A DNA stretch of 64,000 nt. Source: Heteronotia binoei. Its lineage: Eukaryota. Shown one piece after another: positions 11,043 through 20,524 of this stretch (position 1 is the first letter of the stretch; each line of letters begins with the position of its first letter). Below the pieces are notes generated by a model that was not told where the DNA came from, ran no database searches, and saw nothing but the letters and a program-made list of their open reading frames with translations. A program made the position numbers and the translations under genes. Location of the stretch: NCBI RefSeq assembly GCF_032191835.1, contig NC_083223.1, positions 142,166,001-142,230,000 of the forward strand, in the 5' to 3' direction.

Positions 11043-12045
11043 AGCACCAACCAACTGATGATGCAACATTGAGCCATGTGTACAAGTCATGCACTAAAGT
11101 GTGTGTCCACATCACAGGTGGGCACACAAATCTGGATGGCCTCTGTTTGATGATGGTCCCCATAATTGACTTATCTATGAAATACCCATATAAGGCAGCT
11201 TCACATGTACCCAGTAGTATCTGGGCATTACAGAGACTGGCCAGGGGGAAGCAGGAGGGAGCGCCTGTAGTGGGATTTCATGTCAGCGCACCTCAAGGTT
11301 TATTCAGTGGCAGCCTTCTCAGCATCCCAGCAGGACTGATCTTGCACACCTCTGTTATCGCCTTCAGGGGGAGAGCTTTGGAGGCCGTTTGGCATATTGG
11401 CCAGGGAGGGAAGCCTGGTAGTCACCATGGCACTCGCCCAGAATCTCTTTATAGAGCCTACTGGGCCTTATTCCTAGCCCATATATAGTTTCATTTGATC
11501 TTAATTTTAGGAGAACTCAAAATAGCCAGACACCACTATATGTGTAGAGTTTATTGTGCATAGGATTAAGGTATTCAGGTCAGTTTGTAAACTGAAGTAG
11601 CAGTGCAGCAACCATGCAATTCTTCCTATGTAGTTAGTTATTGTAGAACTATGGGAAGGGACAAAATTGATAATGGTTTTATTCCATATAATCTCGGATA
11701 TTTGAATGGGAAGTTGATTCAGATATCACACACTCTGCTAGAGCCTCGGACATGGTGAATGAATTTTTTTATGGCAACCACAGTGTAGTTCAAAAGTGCT
11801 CTATTTCACTGGAGCAAACAAGCATTCTATGAAGCTAAGTGACGCTGAAATCTGTTCATTATTTCATAACAAGGTGGTAAAAAAAATAAGCCTGATAATT
11901 AGATCTTGTTCTGATGATGTCACTGCATTTTTAGATGTATGCCATTCTGGCCAGACCCTCAAGATAATGAATCTTATCAGAACTTCCTTGATGAGCCATT
12001 ATATAATCTTTGGCAACAAGTATGTGGTTGGGTATTAAATTTACA

Positions 12046-12245
12046 CAGGGCTTTTTGGGTAGAAAAAAACCATTGGTAACTTATTTGCATATTAGGCCAC
12101 ACCCCTGACATGACCATTGTTTCACACAGGGCTTTTTTTGTAGAAAAAGCCCAGCAGGAACTAATTTGCATACTAGGCGACACCCGCCTGACACCAAGCC
12201 AGCTAGAACTGCGTTCTTGTGCGTTCCTCCTCAAAAATAGCCCTG
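12046..12245. mobile_element. CAGGGCTT-family hAT MITE
   Basis: TIR CAGGGCT...AGCCCTG. Perfect 8-bp TSD AATTTACA (12038-12045 and 12246-12253). Confidence 0.9.
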
Positions 12246-13174
12246 AATTTACATTAATATTTCATTATTATTTTTTCCCATTTATAGAAAAACACAGAAA
12301 ATCAGTCCAGCAATAAAAGACACATTACTGTGGGGTGCCCTTTTTGCAAGATCATTGCTATGTTTGGAAGAGATTACCTGGTATATCTCATCATGTACAC
12401 TCAGGGCACTATAAGTAAATTAAACAATAACAAGTTGAGATATCATCCAAATTCTATCATCATAACTCCTAAATATGTGTAAAAGGAGATAATTAATCAA
12501 GAAGGGGGGAATAAGAAGCTTAGACACTTGCTAGTTTTACTGAGATAAAAAAACAGCTGGAGGAAACTACTCGTCTGTACCTAATTCCTGCTACACACCC
12601 AAGAATAACTGGGTTTATATTGATTTGTGAGTAATTGCTGGCCCTGCTTTTAGTATGATTTGAGAAAGAAAATTGTAAAGCAAAGGGCAACTGTTTAAAG
12701 TATTTTAGCCTAATGCTTAATCTTCTTGGAAATAATTATAATAAAATGTCACCTATCTCAAATTGCTTGTCTTTTAAAATATTATTTCTCATCCATGAAC
12801 AAACTGAAGCAAGAAAACAACCCTCAGAACCTTCAGAATTAAAGACTCTTCAACAGGCTTTTATTATTAACAAAAAGAGAAACAATTAATTTTCAAGGGA
12901 AGCACAAGTTGTCCTTACAAACAGTATAATCCAGCCAAAGTTAAGCAATTTACAGTGCCATCCTAAAACCAGTTTGTAAACCGTTTAGGAAAGTAACTAA
13001 GTCCCAGGCTGCTATCATGCTAAAATATGCCATTGTATCTGAATATTTACACTGTTGCAGACTTAACCCCACAGCATAAGAGGATGTCAGACAGCAGGGG
13101 ACCAGGAAGGGCCTTCTACTGGCTGCCACCACTCTGGTAAGGATCTGAATGGCACTCAGAGCATCCACCCCAAC

Positions 13175-14475
13175 CCGTCCTTCATCCCCTTCAGTCCGGC
13201 TTCTGCCCAGGCCATGGGACGGAGAGGGTGCTGGTCGCCCTAGTAGATGACCTGCAATGGCATCTGCATCGGGGCGGCTCGGCGGTGCTGATGTTGTTGG
13301 ACCTATCGGCAGCGTTTGATATGGTTGAGCATCGGCTACTGGCCCGCCGCCTCGCCGACGCGGGGATTCAGGGGTTGGCCTTGCAATGGCTTTCCTCTTT
13401 CCTTGAAGGTCGGAGACAGAGGGTCGCTATTGGGGATGAGCTGTCCCGGAGGCACACGCTTGATTGCAGGGTGCCTCAGGGTGCAGTTCTCTCCCCAATG
13501 TTATTTAACATCTATATGCGTCCCCTCGCCCAGATTGCCCGAAGGTACGGGCTGGGTTGTCACCAGTATGCTGATGACACCCAGCTCTATCTGCTTATGG
13601 ACGACTGGCTGGTCTGTAGCCCACAAAATCTGGACTGGGCGTTACAGGCTGTGGCTGGGTGGCTCAGGCTGAGCGGGCTGAGGCTAAATCCGGCAAAGAC
13701 AGAGGTCCTTTGCTTGGGCCGTCGGGGTCCGGGAAGGGAAATCCCCCTTCCGGTTTTTGACAGAGCGCCGCTGATTGCGACGCATAGGGTCAAGAGCTTG
13801 GGGGTACTACTGGAGCCTTCCTTAACAATGGAGGCCCAGATAGCAGCCACTGCCAAGTCTGCATTTTTCCATCTTAGGCAGGCAAGGCAGCTGGCTCCCT
13901 TCCTGGAGCGCAACGATCTAGCAATGGTGATCAATGCAATGGTCACCTCGAGGTTGGACTACTGCAATGCCCTCTACATGGGGCTGCCCCTGTGCCGAAC
14001 CCGGAAATTGCAGTTGGTGCAGAACGCCGCCGCCTGGTTGTTATTGGGGCTCCCAAGATGGGAGCACATCCAGCCGGGACTCTGGGCTCTGCACTGGCTG
14101 CCAATACTCTACCGAGTTCGGTACAAGGTGCTGGTCATTACCTTTAAAGCCCTATATGGCCTAGGACCTGCCTACCTGAGGAACCGTCTCTTCCCACACG
14201 TTCCCCAGAGAGTACTGAGATCAGGAACTCAAAATCTCCTTGTTGTCCCCAGGCCAAAGGAAGCCCGTTTGAAAACTACAAGGGACAGGGCCTTCTCCGT
14301 AATGGCCCCTTCCTGGTAGAACCAGCTGCCGGAAGAGGAAAGGGCCCTGTGGGACCTTGCTCAATTCCGCAGGGCCTGTAAGACAGTCCTCTTCCGGCTG
14401 GCCCACAACTAACCGGCACTGAACCTGAACTGAGTATAGCTGTAAGATTGCTGTATGATTTTAATGTTTACGTAT
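13175..14475 (+). pseudogene. L2-clade LINE, 5'-truncated RT region plus start of 3' UTR
   Basis: ORF 13228-14319: LLDLSAAFDMV, VPQGAVLSPMLFNIYM, HQYADDTQLY, LHWLP. Premature TAG at 14317-14319 (probably TGG>TAG). The 3' UTR is interrupted by the RTE and resumes at 18573. Confidence 0.92.
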
Positions 14476-14501
14476 CTTGGCTTGGCTTCGCGAACGAAGA
14501 T

Positions 14502-17500
14502 TTAAGAAGGGTGAAATAGTCCACGTCTGCTGCAGGCTCGCTGGTGGCTGACAAGACCAATGCGGGACAGGCAGGTCCGGCCACAGTGGCTGCAGGGAAA
14601 AGTCTGATTTAGGGTTGGTGCTGTAGCAGTGCGATTCTTCCTCAATCTCCTTTTGTCCTCAAGACCAGCTATGCGTGCGTTCTCAAAAGAAGAGACAGCC
14701 TGGTGGATGGTGTGCCTCCATGCTTTGCGATCTGAGGCTAGGTCAGACCACTGGTAATGGTTGATGCGACAGGTGCCAAGGGATTTCTTCAAGGAGTCCT
14801 TGTACCTCTTCTTTGGTGCCCCTCTATTTCGATGGCCGGTGGAGAGTTTGCCATACAGGGCAATCTTGGGAAGGCGGTGGTTTTCCATCCTAGAAATATG
14901 CCCTGCCCAGCGCAGCTGCGTCTTCAACAGCAGTGCCTCGATGCTGGTAACCTCCGCCCGCTTGAGAACTTCAGTGTTGGTCACAAAGTCACTCCAGTGG
15001 ATGTTGAGGATGGTGCGAAGGCAGCGCTGATGAAAGCGCTCGAGGAGTCGCAGGTGATGACGGTATAAAACCCACGATTCGGAGCCGTAGATGAGGGTTG
15101 TCATCACAACTGCTTTGTAAACATTGATCTTTGTGCCTTTTTTCAGATGCTTGTTGCTCCACACTCTTTTGTGCAGTCGGCCAAAGGCACGGTTTGCCTT
15201 TGCCAGCCTGTTGTCAATCTCCTTGTCGATCTTAGCATCTGAGGAGATGATGCACCCCAGGTAGCTGAACTGCTGGACTGTCTTCAGAACTGATTCACCC
15301 ACAGTGATGCAGGGAGGGTGATAATCTTCCTGGGGTGCAGGCTGGTGGAGAACTTCTGTCTTCTTCAGACTAACTTCTAGGCCGAATAGCTTGGCAGCCT
15401 CTGCAAAGCAGGACGTCATATGCTGCAGAGCTGATACCGAGTGGGAGACGAGTGCAGCATCATCAGCAAACAGTAGCTCTTGGATGAGTTTTTCCATTGT
15501 CTTGGAGTGGGCCTTTAGTCGCCTCAGGTTGAACAGGCTGCCATCGGTGCGATAGCGGATGTAGACACCATCGTCATCATCTAGATCTACTGCGGCTCTT
15601 TGAAGCATCATGCTAAAGAACATCGTAAAGAGAGTTGGCGCGAGAACGCAGCCTTGCTTTACACCTGTGCTTATTGGGAAGGTCTCCGAGAGGTCGTTGC
15701 AGTGTCTGACTTGGCCTCGCTGGTCTTCGTGTAGCTGGATGATCATGCTGAGGAACCTTGGAGGACATCCTAAACGTTCCAAGATTTGCCACAGGCTTTT
15801 CCTGCTAACGGTATCGAAAGCTTTGGTAAGGTCGACAAAAGTCACATACAGAGCCTTGTTCTGTTCCCTGCATTTCTCTTGGAGCTGCCTGAGAACAAAT
15901 ACCATGTCGGTGGTGCTCCTGTTAGCTCTGAAGCCGCACTGGCTCTCTGGGAGGAGTTCTTCTGCAATGGCGGGCACCAGTCTGTTCAGGAGTATTCTGG
16001 CAAGGATTTTGCCTGCGATGGAGAGCAGGGTTATCCCCCGGTAGTTGGAGCAGTCTGACTTTTCCCCTTTGTTCTTGTATAGGGTGATGATGATTGCATC
16101 GCGAAAGTCCTGTGGTAATTTGCCTTGTTCCCAGCAGGTGACAAGTACTTTGTGAAGTGAGCTATGTAGTACTGTGCCCCCATGCTTCCAGATCTCTGGT
16201 GGAATTCCATCAACTCCTGCTGCCTTGCCACTTTTCAGTTGCTTGATGGCTTTAACAGTCTCTTCTAGAGTGGGGATCTCATCCAACTCTGTTTTCACTG
16301 GTTGAAGTGGGGTGAGGTGAATTGCTGAATCTTGAACTACGCGGTTGGCACTGAAGAGAACCTGAAAATACTCCGACCACCGGTTCAATATGGATGCCTT
16401 GTCTGTGAGGAGCACTTGGCCGTCTGCACTACGCAAGGGACTCTGAGTCTGATATGATGGACCATATACTGCCTTCAGGGCTTCGTAGAACCCTCTTAAA
16501 TCACCAGTGTCTGCACACAGCTGGGTTCTCTCAGCAAGCTTGGTCCACCACTCGTTCTGAATGTCTCGAAGCTTGCACTGGAGGTTGCCACATACAGCGC
16601 GAAAGGTTGCTTTTTTCCTAGGACAGGAGGGCTGAGCAAGATGTGCTTGGTAGGCAGATCTCTTCTTCGCCAGTAAATCTTGGATCTCGTGATTGTTCGC
16701 ATCAAACCAGTCCTTGTTCTTCCTTGTGGAGAACCCGAGGACTTCTTCAGAGATCTGCAGGACGGTAGTTTTTAGGTGTTCCCAGAGTGCTTCTGGAGAA
16801 GGGTCTGTGGGGCAACTGGGGTCCTCAATTCTTGACTGGAGTTTTGCCTGGAAGGCAGCTTTAACTTCGGCTGACTGGAGACTGCCAACCTGAAACTTCC
16901 TCCGAGGGATACCTCCTCTCCTGGGTGTGGGTTTAAAGTGAAGACGGAGATTGCAGCGTACAAGACGATGATCCGTATGACATTCTGCACTGGGCATTAC
17001 TCGGGTGTGTAAGACTTCTCGAAGGTCTCTCTGGCGCACCAGAATGTAGTCGATAAGGTGCCAGTGCTTGGACCGTGGGTGCATCCAGGTTGTCTTCAGA
17101 CTGTTCTTCTGCTGGAAGATAGTGTTGGTGATGGTGAGCTGGTGCTCCATGCAGAATTCTAGCAGGAGGCGCCCGTTGTCATTGCAGTTGCCAATGCCGT
17201 GTTTGCCAAGTACTCCTTTCCAGGCTTCCGAGTCTTTACCTACTCTGGCATTGAAGTCGCCAAGGATGATCACCTTGTCCTCTGTAGGGGTCTTCCATAC
17301 GAGGTTGTGTAGATCAGCATAGAACTTGTTCTTTTCTGCAGGATCTGCTTGAAGGGTTGGGGCATACACACTGAAGAGTGTTGCATGCTGCTTGTTTTGA
17401 AGTGGGAGGCGCATGGACATGATGCGATCTGAGTGACCTGTTGGCAGGTTTTCGAGTTTGGAGGCAATGGAGTTCCTGACCATGAAGCCAATGCCAGAAA

Positions 17501-17726
17501 GGCGGCTCTCAGCCTTTGACTTACCTGACCAATAGAGGGTATAGCCAGCACCGTGTTCTTGAAGACTACCTTCCTCAGGGAAACGGACCTCACTGAGAGC
17601 TGCTATGTCGATATTCAACCTGAGAAGTTCGTGGGCAACTAGAGCAGAGCATCGTTCAGGGCGACCACTGTCTACTGTGTCAAGCATGGTTCTGATGTTC
17701 CAACACACAAGCTTTAGTCTTTGCAC
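14502..17726 (-). CDS. RTE ORF2: APE endonuclease - reverse transcriptase - C-terminal C2HC zinc finger
   Basis: WNIRT, LSE, VYAP, LGDFNARVG, IDY and TDH endonuclease motifs. NYRGITLL, QCGFR, FVDLTKAFD, GVKQGC, LFADD and YLG RT motifs. CSHCGRTC...HQRAC finger. No internal stop; the frame is open from 17801. Track start is GTG. Confidence 0.95.
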   Translation of the reverse strand: MQRLKLVCWNIRTMLDTVDSGRPERCSALVAHELLRLNIDIAALSEVRFPEEGSLQEHGAGYTLYWSGKSKAESRLSGIGFMVRNSIASKLENLPTGHSDRIMSMRLPLQNKQHATLFSVYAPTLQADPAEKNKFYADLHNLVWKTPTEDKVIILGDFNARVGKDSEAWKGVLGKHGIGNCNDNGRLLLEFCMEHQLTITNTIFQQKNSLKTTWMHPRSKHWHLIDYILVRQRDLREVLHTRVMPSAECHTDHRLVRCNLRLHFKPTPRRGGIPRRKFQVGSLQSAEVKAAFQAKLQSRIEDPSCPTDPSPEALWEHLKTTVLQISEEVLGFSTRKNKDWFDANNHEIQDLLAKKRSAYQAHLAQPSCPRKKATFRAVCGNLQCKLRDIQNEWWTKLAERTQLCADTGDLRGFYEALKAVYGPSYQTQSPLRSADGQVLLTDKASILNRWSEYFQVLFSANRVVQDSAIHLTPLQPVKTELDEIPTLEETVKAIKQLKSGKAAGVDGIPPEIWKHGGTVLHSSLHKVLVTCWEQGKLPQDFRDAIIITLYKNKGEKSDCSNYRGITLLSIAGKILARILLNRLVPAIAEELLPESQCGFRANRSTTDMVFVLRQLQEKCREQNKALYVTFVDLTKAFDTVSRKSLWQILERLGCPPRFLSMIIQLHEDQRGQVRHCNDLSETFPISTGVKQGCVLAPTLFTMFFSMMLQRAAVDLDDDDGVYIRYRTDGSLFNLRRLKAHSKTMEKLIQELLFADDAALVSHSVSALQHMTSCFAEAAKLFGLEVSLKKTEVLHQPAPQEDYHPPCITVGESVLKTVQQFSYLGCIISSDAKIDKEIDNRLAKANRAFGRLHKRVWSNKHLKKGTKINVYKAVVMTTLIYGSESWVLYRHHLRLLERFHQRCLRTILNIHWSDFVTNTEVLKRAEVTSIEALLLKTQLRWAGHISRMENHRLPKIALYGKLSTGHRNRGAPKKRYKDSLKKSLGTCRINHYQWSDLASDRKAWRHTIHQAVSSFENARIAGLEDKRRLRKNRTATAPTLNQTFPCSHCGRTCLSRIGLVSHQRACSRRGLFHPS

Positions 17727-17848
17727 ACTTTGTGAGGCAGGTGCATGCCTTTTCTTTGTTGCTATTTTTTGACCGCAAGTAAGGATGCCCGTTGACCGCG
17801 GCTAGCCAACTGGGTTGGAGGAGACGAGCTTTGTTTAGGCCACCTTTT

Positions 17849-18172
17849 CTAGGCCCCTCTCCGTGTGGAGCAAGCAGTGCTGTCCCTAGATAAGGCTGCT
17901 TGGTCGTTCAGGGTGCTGCCGAAAAATGCTTTCGTCTCCGGGTTAGCATCAGGCGACCAATACCCTGAACCGCCTACATGCAGGATCAGGACTGCGGCTT
18001 CCAGTGGCACCTTCCACCTGCCGTTTCGCCCCTTGCCCATCGCTGCAGGACTTGATGCGTTGTGGGTTGTGTATGTGGATATGCCCTTCAGGCCTGCGCA
18101 GAGGAATTTTTTAGGTGAAGCCCAGTGTGCGCGGTACTGGCTCCACCCTTTCACCTGGGGGTCATCTGCCAT
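17849..18172 (-). CDS. Short upstream ORF (107 aa) in the RTE 5' region, function unknown
   Basis: ATG-initiated, in a different frame from ORF2, lying between the predicted ribozyme and ORF2. No recognisable domain. Confidence 0.4.
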   Translation of the reverse strand: MADDPQVKGWSQYRAHWASPKKFLCAGLKGISTYTTHNASSPAAMGKGRNGRWKVPLEAAVLILHVGGSGYWSPDANPETKAFFGSTLNDQAALSRDSTACSTRRGA

Positions 18173-18344
18173 GGCCCAATAAGCCGGGACGCCGGCAGCG
18201 AGTCCTCCAGGTGGTAGGTGTTACATTAACGAGCTCTATCTGCCCGGGTTTGATGTTAGAGTTTTCCTTCTCTTAGGCTGGCAAGGTTGGTGGGCCCAGC
18301 CTGCCCATCCGGTTATACCGCCGGACAATTCGGTCGCACCATGA

Positions 18345-18553
18345 CGTAGCAAACTCTGTGAAAAACGGGGGGGACCAGCGAGAAGGTGTTGCTACGGATG
18401 CAGTAATGCAGGAGAGGCCATTGCAGTTACCATCTGCCAGGCATAGCCAGACAGTGACCACGCGGCATTCACTACACCGGGAGAGGAGAGGCTATGTATT
18501 GCGCATACACTTTCCCTGGGGGGGTAGGATACCCAGAGGGAGCCCACCCCCCC
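18345..18553 (-). ncRNA. Predicted HDV-like (CPEB3-like) self-cleaving ribozyme at the RTE 5' end
   Basis: Hand-folded double pseudoknot on the minus strand: P1 G7 (18553-18547) with C7 (18373-18367); P2 CGUAGCAAC (18396-18388) with GUUUGCUACG (18354-18345, 1-nt bulge); P3 ACC/GGU; L3 UUCUCGCU; GU after P1; J4/2 CAGA (candidate catalytic C at 18358); P4 minimal. Confidence 0.7.
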
Positions 18554-18572
18554 ACCCCCAATGTTTACGTAT

Positions 18573-18700
18573 ATAACCGTGACAAATGTCTAGATTTTAA
18601 CTATGTAAATTATGAAATGTTAACCTTTTATGCTTAATTTTATATTCTTATGTTAGTTTTAAATGTTAATTTTTATATGTTGTAAGCCGCCCTGAGCCAC
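18573..18700 (+). mobile_element. Continuation of the L2 3' UTR after the RTE insertion
   Basis: AT-rich UTR ending TGTAAGCCGCCCTGAGCC; truncated before the tail and fused to a MITE. Confidence 0.8.
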
Positions 18701-19216
18701 CTTCTGCATAACAACTTGCTTTGCAAGGCTTCCTCAATTCCACAGGAACTACAGAGCAAAACCTCTATTTTCTCCATTGGCTGAGGCTCCTCCCTTGGGG
18801 AGGAAGGGGGGAGGAATAGCTGGCTTTGCCAGGCTCTCTCAGTTGCACAGCTAAGCTACTGAGCCGAGCCGCTCTTCCTTCTATTGCCTGAGGCTCCTCC
18901 CCCCATTCCCTGGGGAAGAAAGGAAAGAGCCAGAGCTTCCTTTGCTCAGTTCCCTGGACTCCATGGGCAAAATGCAAAGAAAGCATCTTTAAGTCCAAAA
19001 AGTGCTAATGTTTAAGCATATTTTAAGTTTTTTAAAATATATTTATTTGTGTTTGTCCGTGTTCTTTTTAAAATTTATATCTCTGCTACCTAATCTTAAA
19101 TAGGTACACACATGGCCCAGCCCGACATGACTCAGCCCAACCCGACATGGTCCGTCCCAACAAGGTCTCATTTATGCAAGATCTGGCCCTCAAAATGAAT
19201 GAGTTTGACACCCCTG
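18701..19216. mobile_element. CAGGGGTGTCAAAC-family hAT-type MITE, left end deleted
   Basis: Colinear with 47445-48045. Right TIR GTTTGACACCCCTG at 19203-19216. Confidence 0.85.
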
Positions 19217-19339
19217 TTATAAGTGCTGAAACAATAGCAGGTAGTAAAACATTTAGTGCAACAGTGATATAAGGAACAGTAAAGGTTGGTGTGAATAAAT
19301 AAAAAAGCACTGATGCGTTCCCTGCTTCTATTGCCAAAA

Positions 19340-19618
19340 ACTCACCACCTCCTTAGGGTGAGGGATCCCTCTACTGAACTGCCTTCTCTCCTGCAGCCTT
19401 TTCCAGACAAAACAAACTTCCTTTCCAGCCAAGCCTTTTATGCTTTCATCCCAGGTCTCCCCGCCCCCCGCCACACACCTTGGCTAGTTTTCCCTCCAAA
19501 ACTCTGCCATCCAATCAGAGGGACAGAAGGAATCCCGGGAGATGTAGGACTCGTATCTACTCCTAGGCAGGCTTCTCCCTGCCTGCTAGGTCGCACTAGG
19601 CCTAGGATCATCATGACA
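19340..19618 (-). mobile_element. LTR-like fragment with promoter motifs
   Basis: Minus strand begins TGTCATGA (LTR-type start), then ATTGG (19515-19511), a GC box (19472-19459) and CATAAAA (19442-19436). The 3' boundary is uncertain. Confidence 0.45.
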
Positions 19619-19742
19619 GAGGGGCATAAGGGATGGAAATAAGCAACACACGTGTGATTTTGCTCTTAATGCAGTTATCAAAGGCACAGAGCCTTGCTAG
19701 ACCAAGATACTTGCAGAATTGATTGGTGATTGGTGAGACAGA

Positions 19743-20003
19743 TGTTGCTAACCCAGCCAAATGTGCACCCATCCATGCCCACAGGCTATTGGCTGGAAAG
19801 TGACTTGTGCCAAGCTTCCAATTCCTGACAAATCACTCACCAACCTATTAAACCAGACAAACCGCTCACCAACTACAACCCACAGGAATCTGTGGCTCCC
19901 CCTCCCCACATGACATTTATACCTGCAGCAGCTTGGTACAAGTCACTTTCCAGCCAATAGCCTGTGGGCATGGATGGGTGCACATCAGGCTGGGTTAGCA
20001 ACA
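19743..20003. repeat. Inverted repeat, 74-bp arms, 113-bp spacer
   Basis: 19743-19816 versus the reverse complement of 19930-20003: 3 mismatches. Confidence 0.93.
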
Positions 20004-20129
20004 AGTGACAAACCAATGCCCGGTGCCCTGATCTTCCGCTTGAACAGCGTATCCAATGGGGCAATTGTTCCCAAGTGTCAGCGGCAGCGATCTCAGGCAT
20101 CTCAATGCAGCCCAAGCATCCCAATGGTG

Positions 20130-20520
20130 ATGCTGTTTTGAAACATCACTATAGCACTATAGTGATCTTAGCCCAACGTTAAAAAAAAAAGCTGGAGATC
20201 ATGCACCAGCGGGCAAAAAAGGGCGCAAAAACAGCCAGCGGTCCTGGAATCGCTACAGGGGATTTCACACAGCATCCAATAGCAATTTCAATCCAGAAGG
20301 AGGGGTTGAAAACTGGAGGAAACTGCTCTTTGAAAAAAACGACTCAAGCATGCCTCACTGCTGAGACAGCAGTGGGACTGTGTGAAAAGGTAACAGTATT
20401 CTGGTAGCAGCCAGTTACTGAATTGGGTCTGTCTGAAATGCCAGAAGAAACCCATTACTGTTCAGTAACTGACCAGCTGCCATACCGGAATACTTAGGCT
20501 GTGTGAGAAAGCTCATACAG
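20130..20520. mobile_element. Decayed palindromic MITE-like sequence (possibly PIF/Harbinger-type)
   Basis: Imperfect internal palindrome GTATTCTGG..CAGTTACTGAA / TTCAGTAACTG..CCGGAATAC, GATTTCACAC motif shared with the 52577 MITE, and a 10-bp hairpin at 20145-20166. Confidence 0.35.
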
Positions 20521-20524
20521 TGGC

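Larger units (their letters stand above)
14476..18559 (-). mobile_element. Full-length RTE-clade non-LTR retrotransposon
   Basis: 13-bp TSD AATGTTTACGTAT at 14463-14475 and 18560-18572. About 0.76-0.83 kb 5' region, single long ORF, 26-nt 3' UTR ending (CCAAG)2. Confidence 0.97.

Noticed and set aside
11069-11488. 139-aa ORF in non-repeat-looking DNA
   Set aside because: Starts with TTG, has no recognisable domain or splice context, and its length is within chance expectation.
14757-18182. Plus-strand ORFs of 66-144 aa within the RTE
   Set aside because: Antisense shadows of the long minus-strand ORF; no motifs or independent signals.
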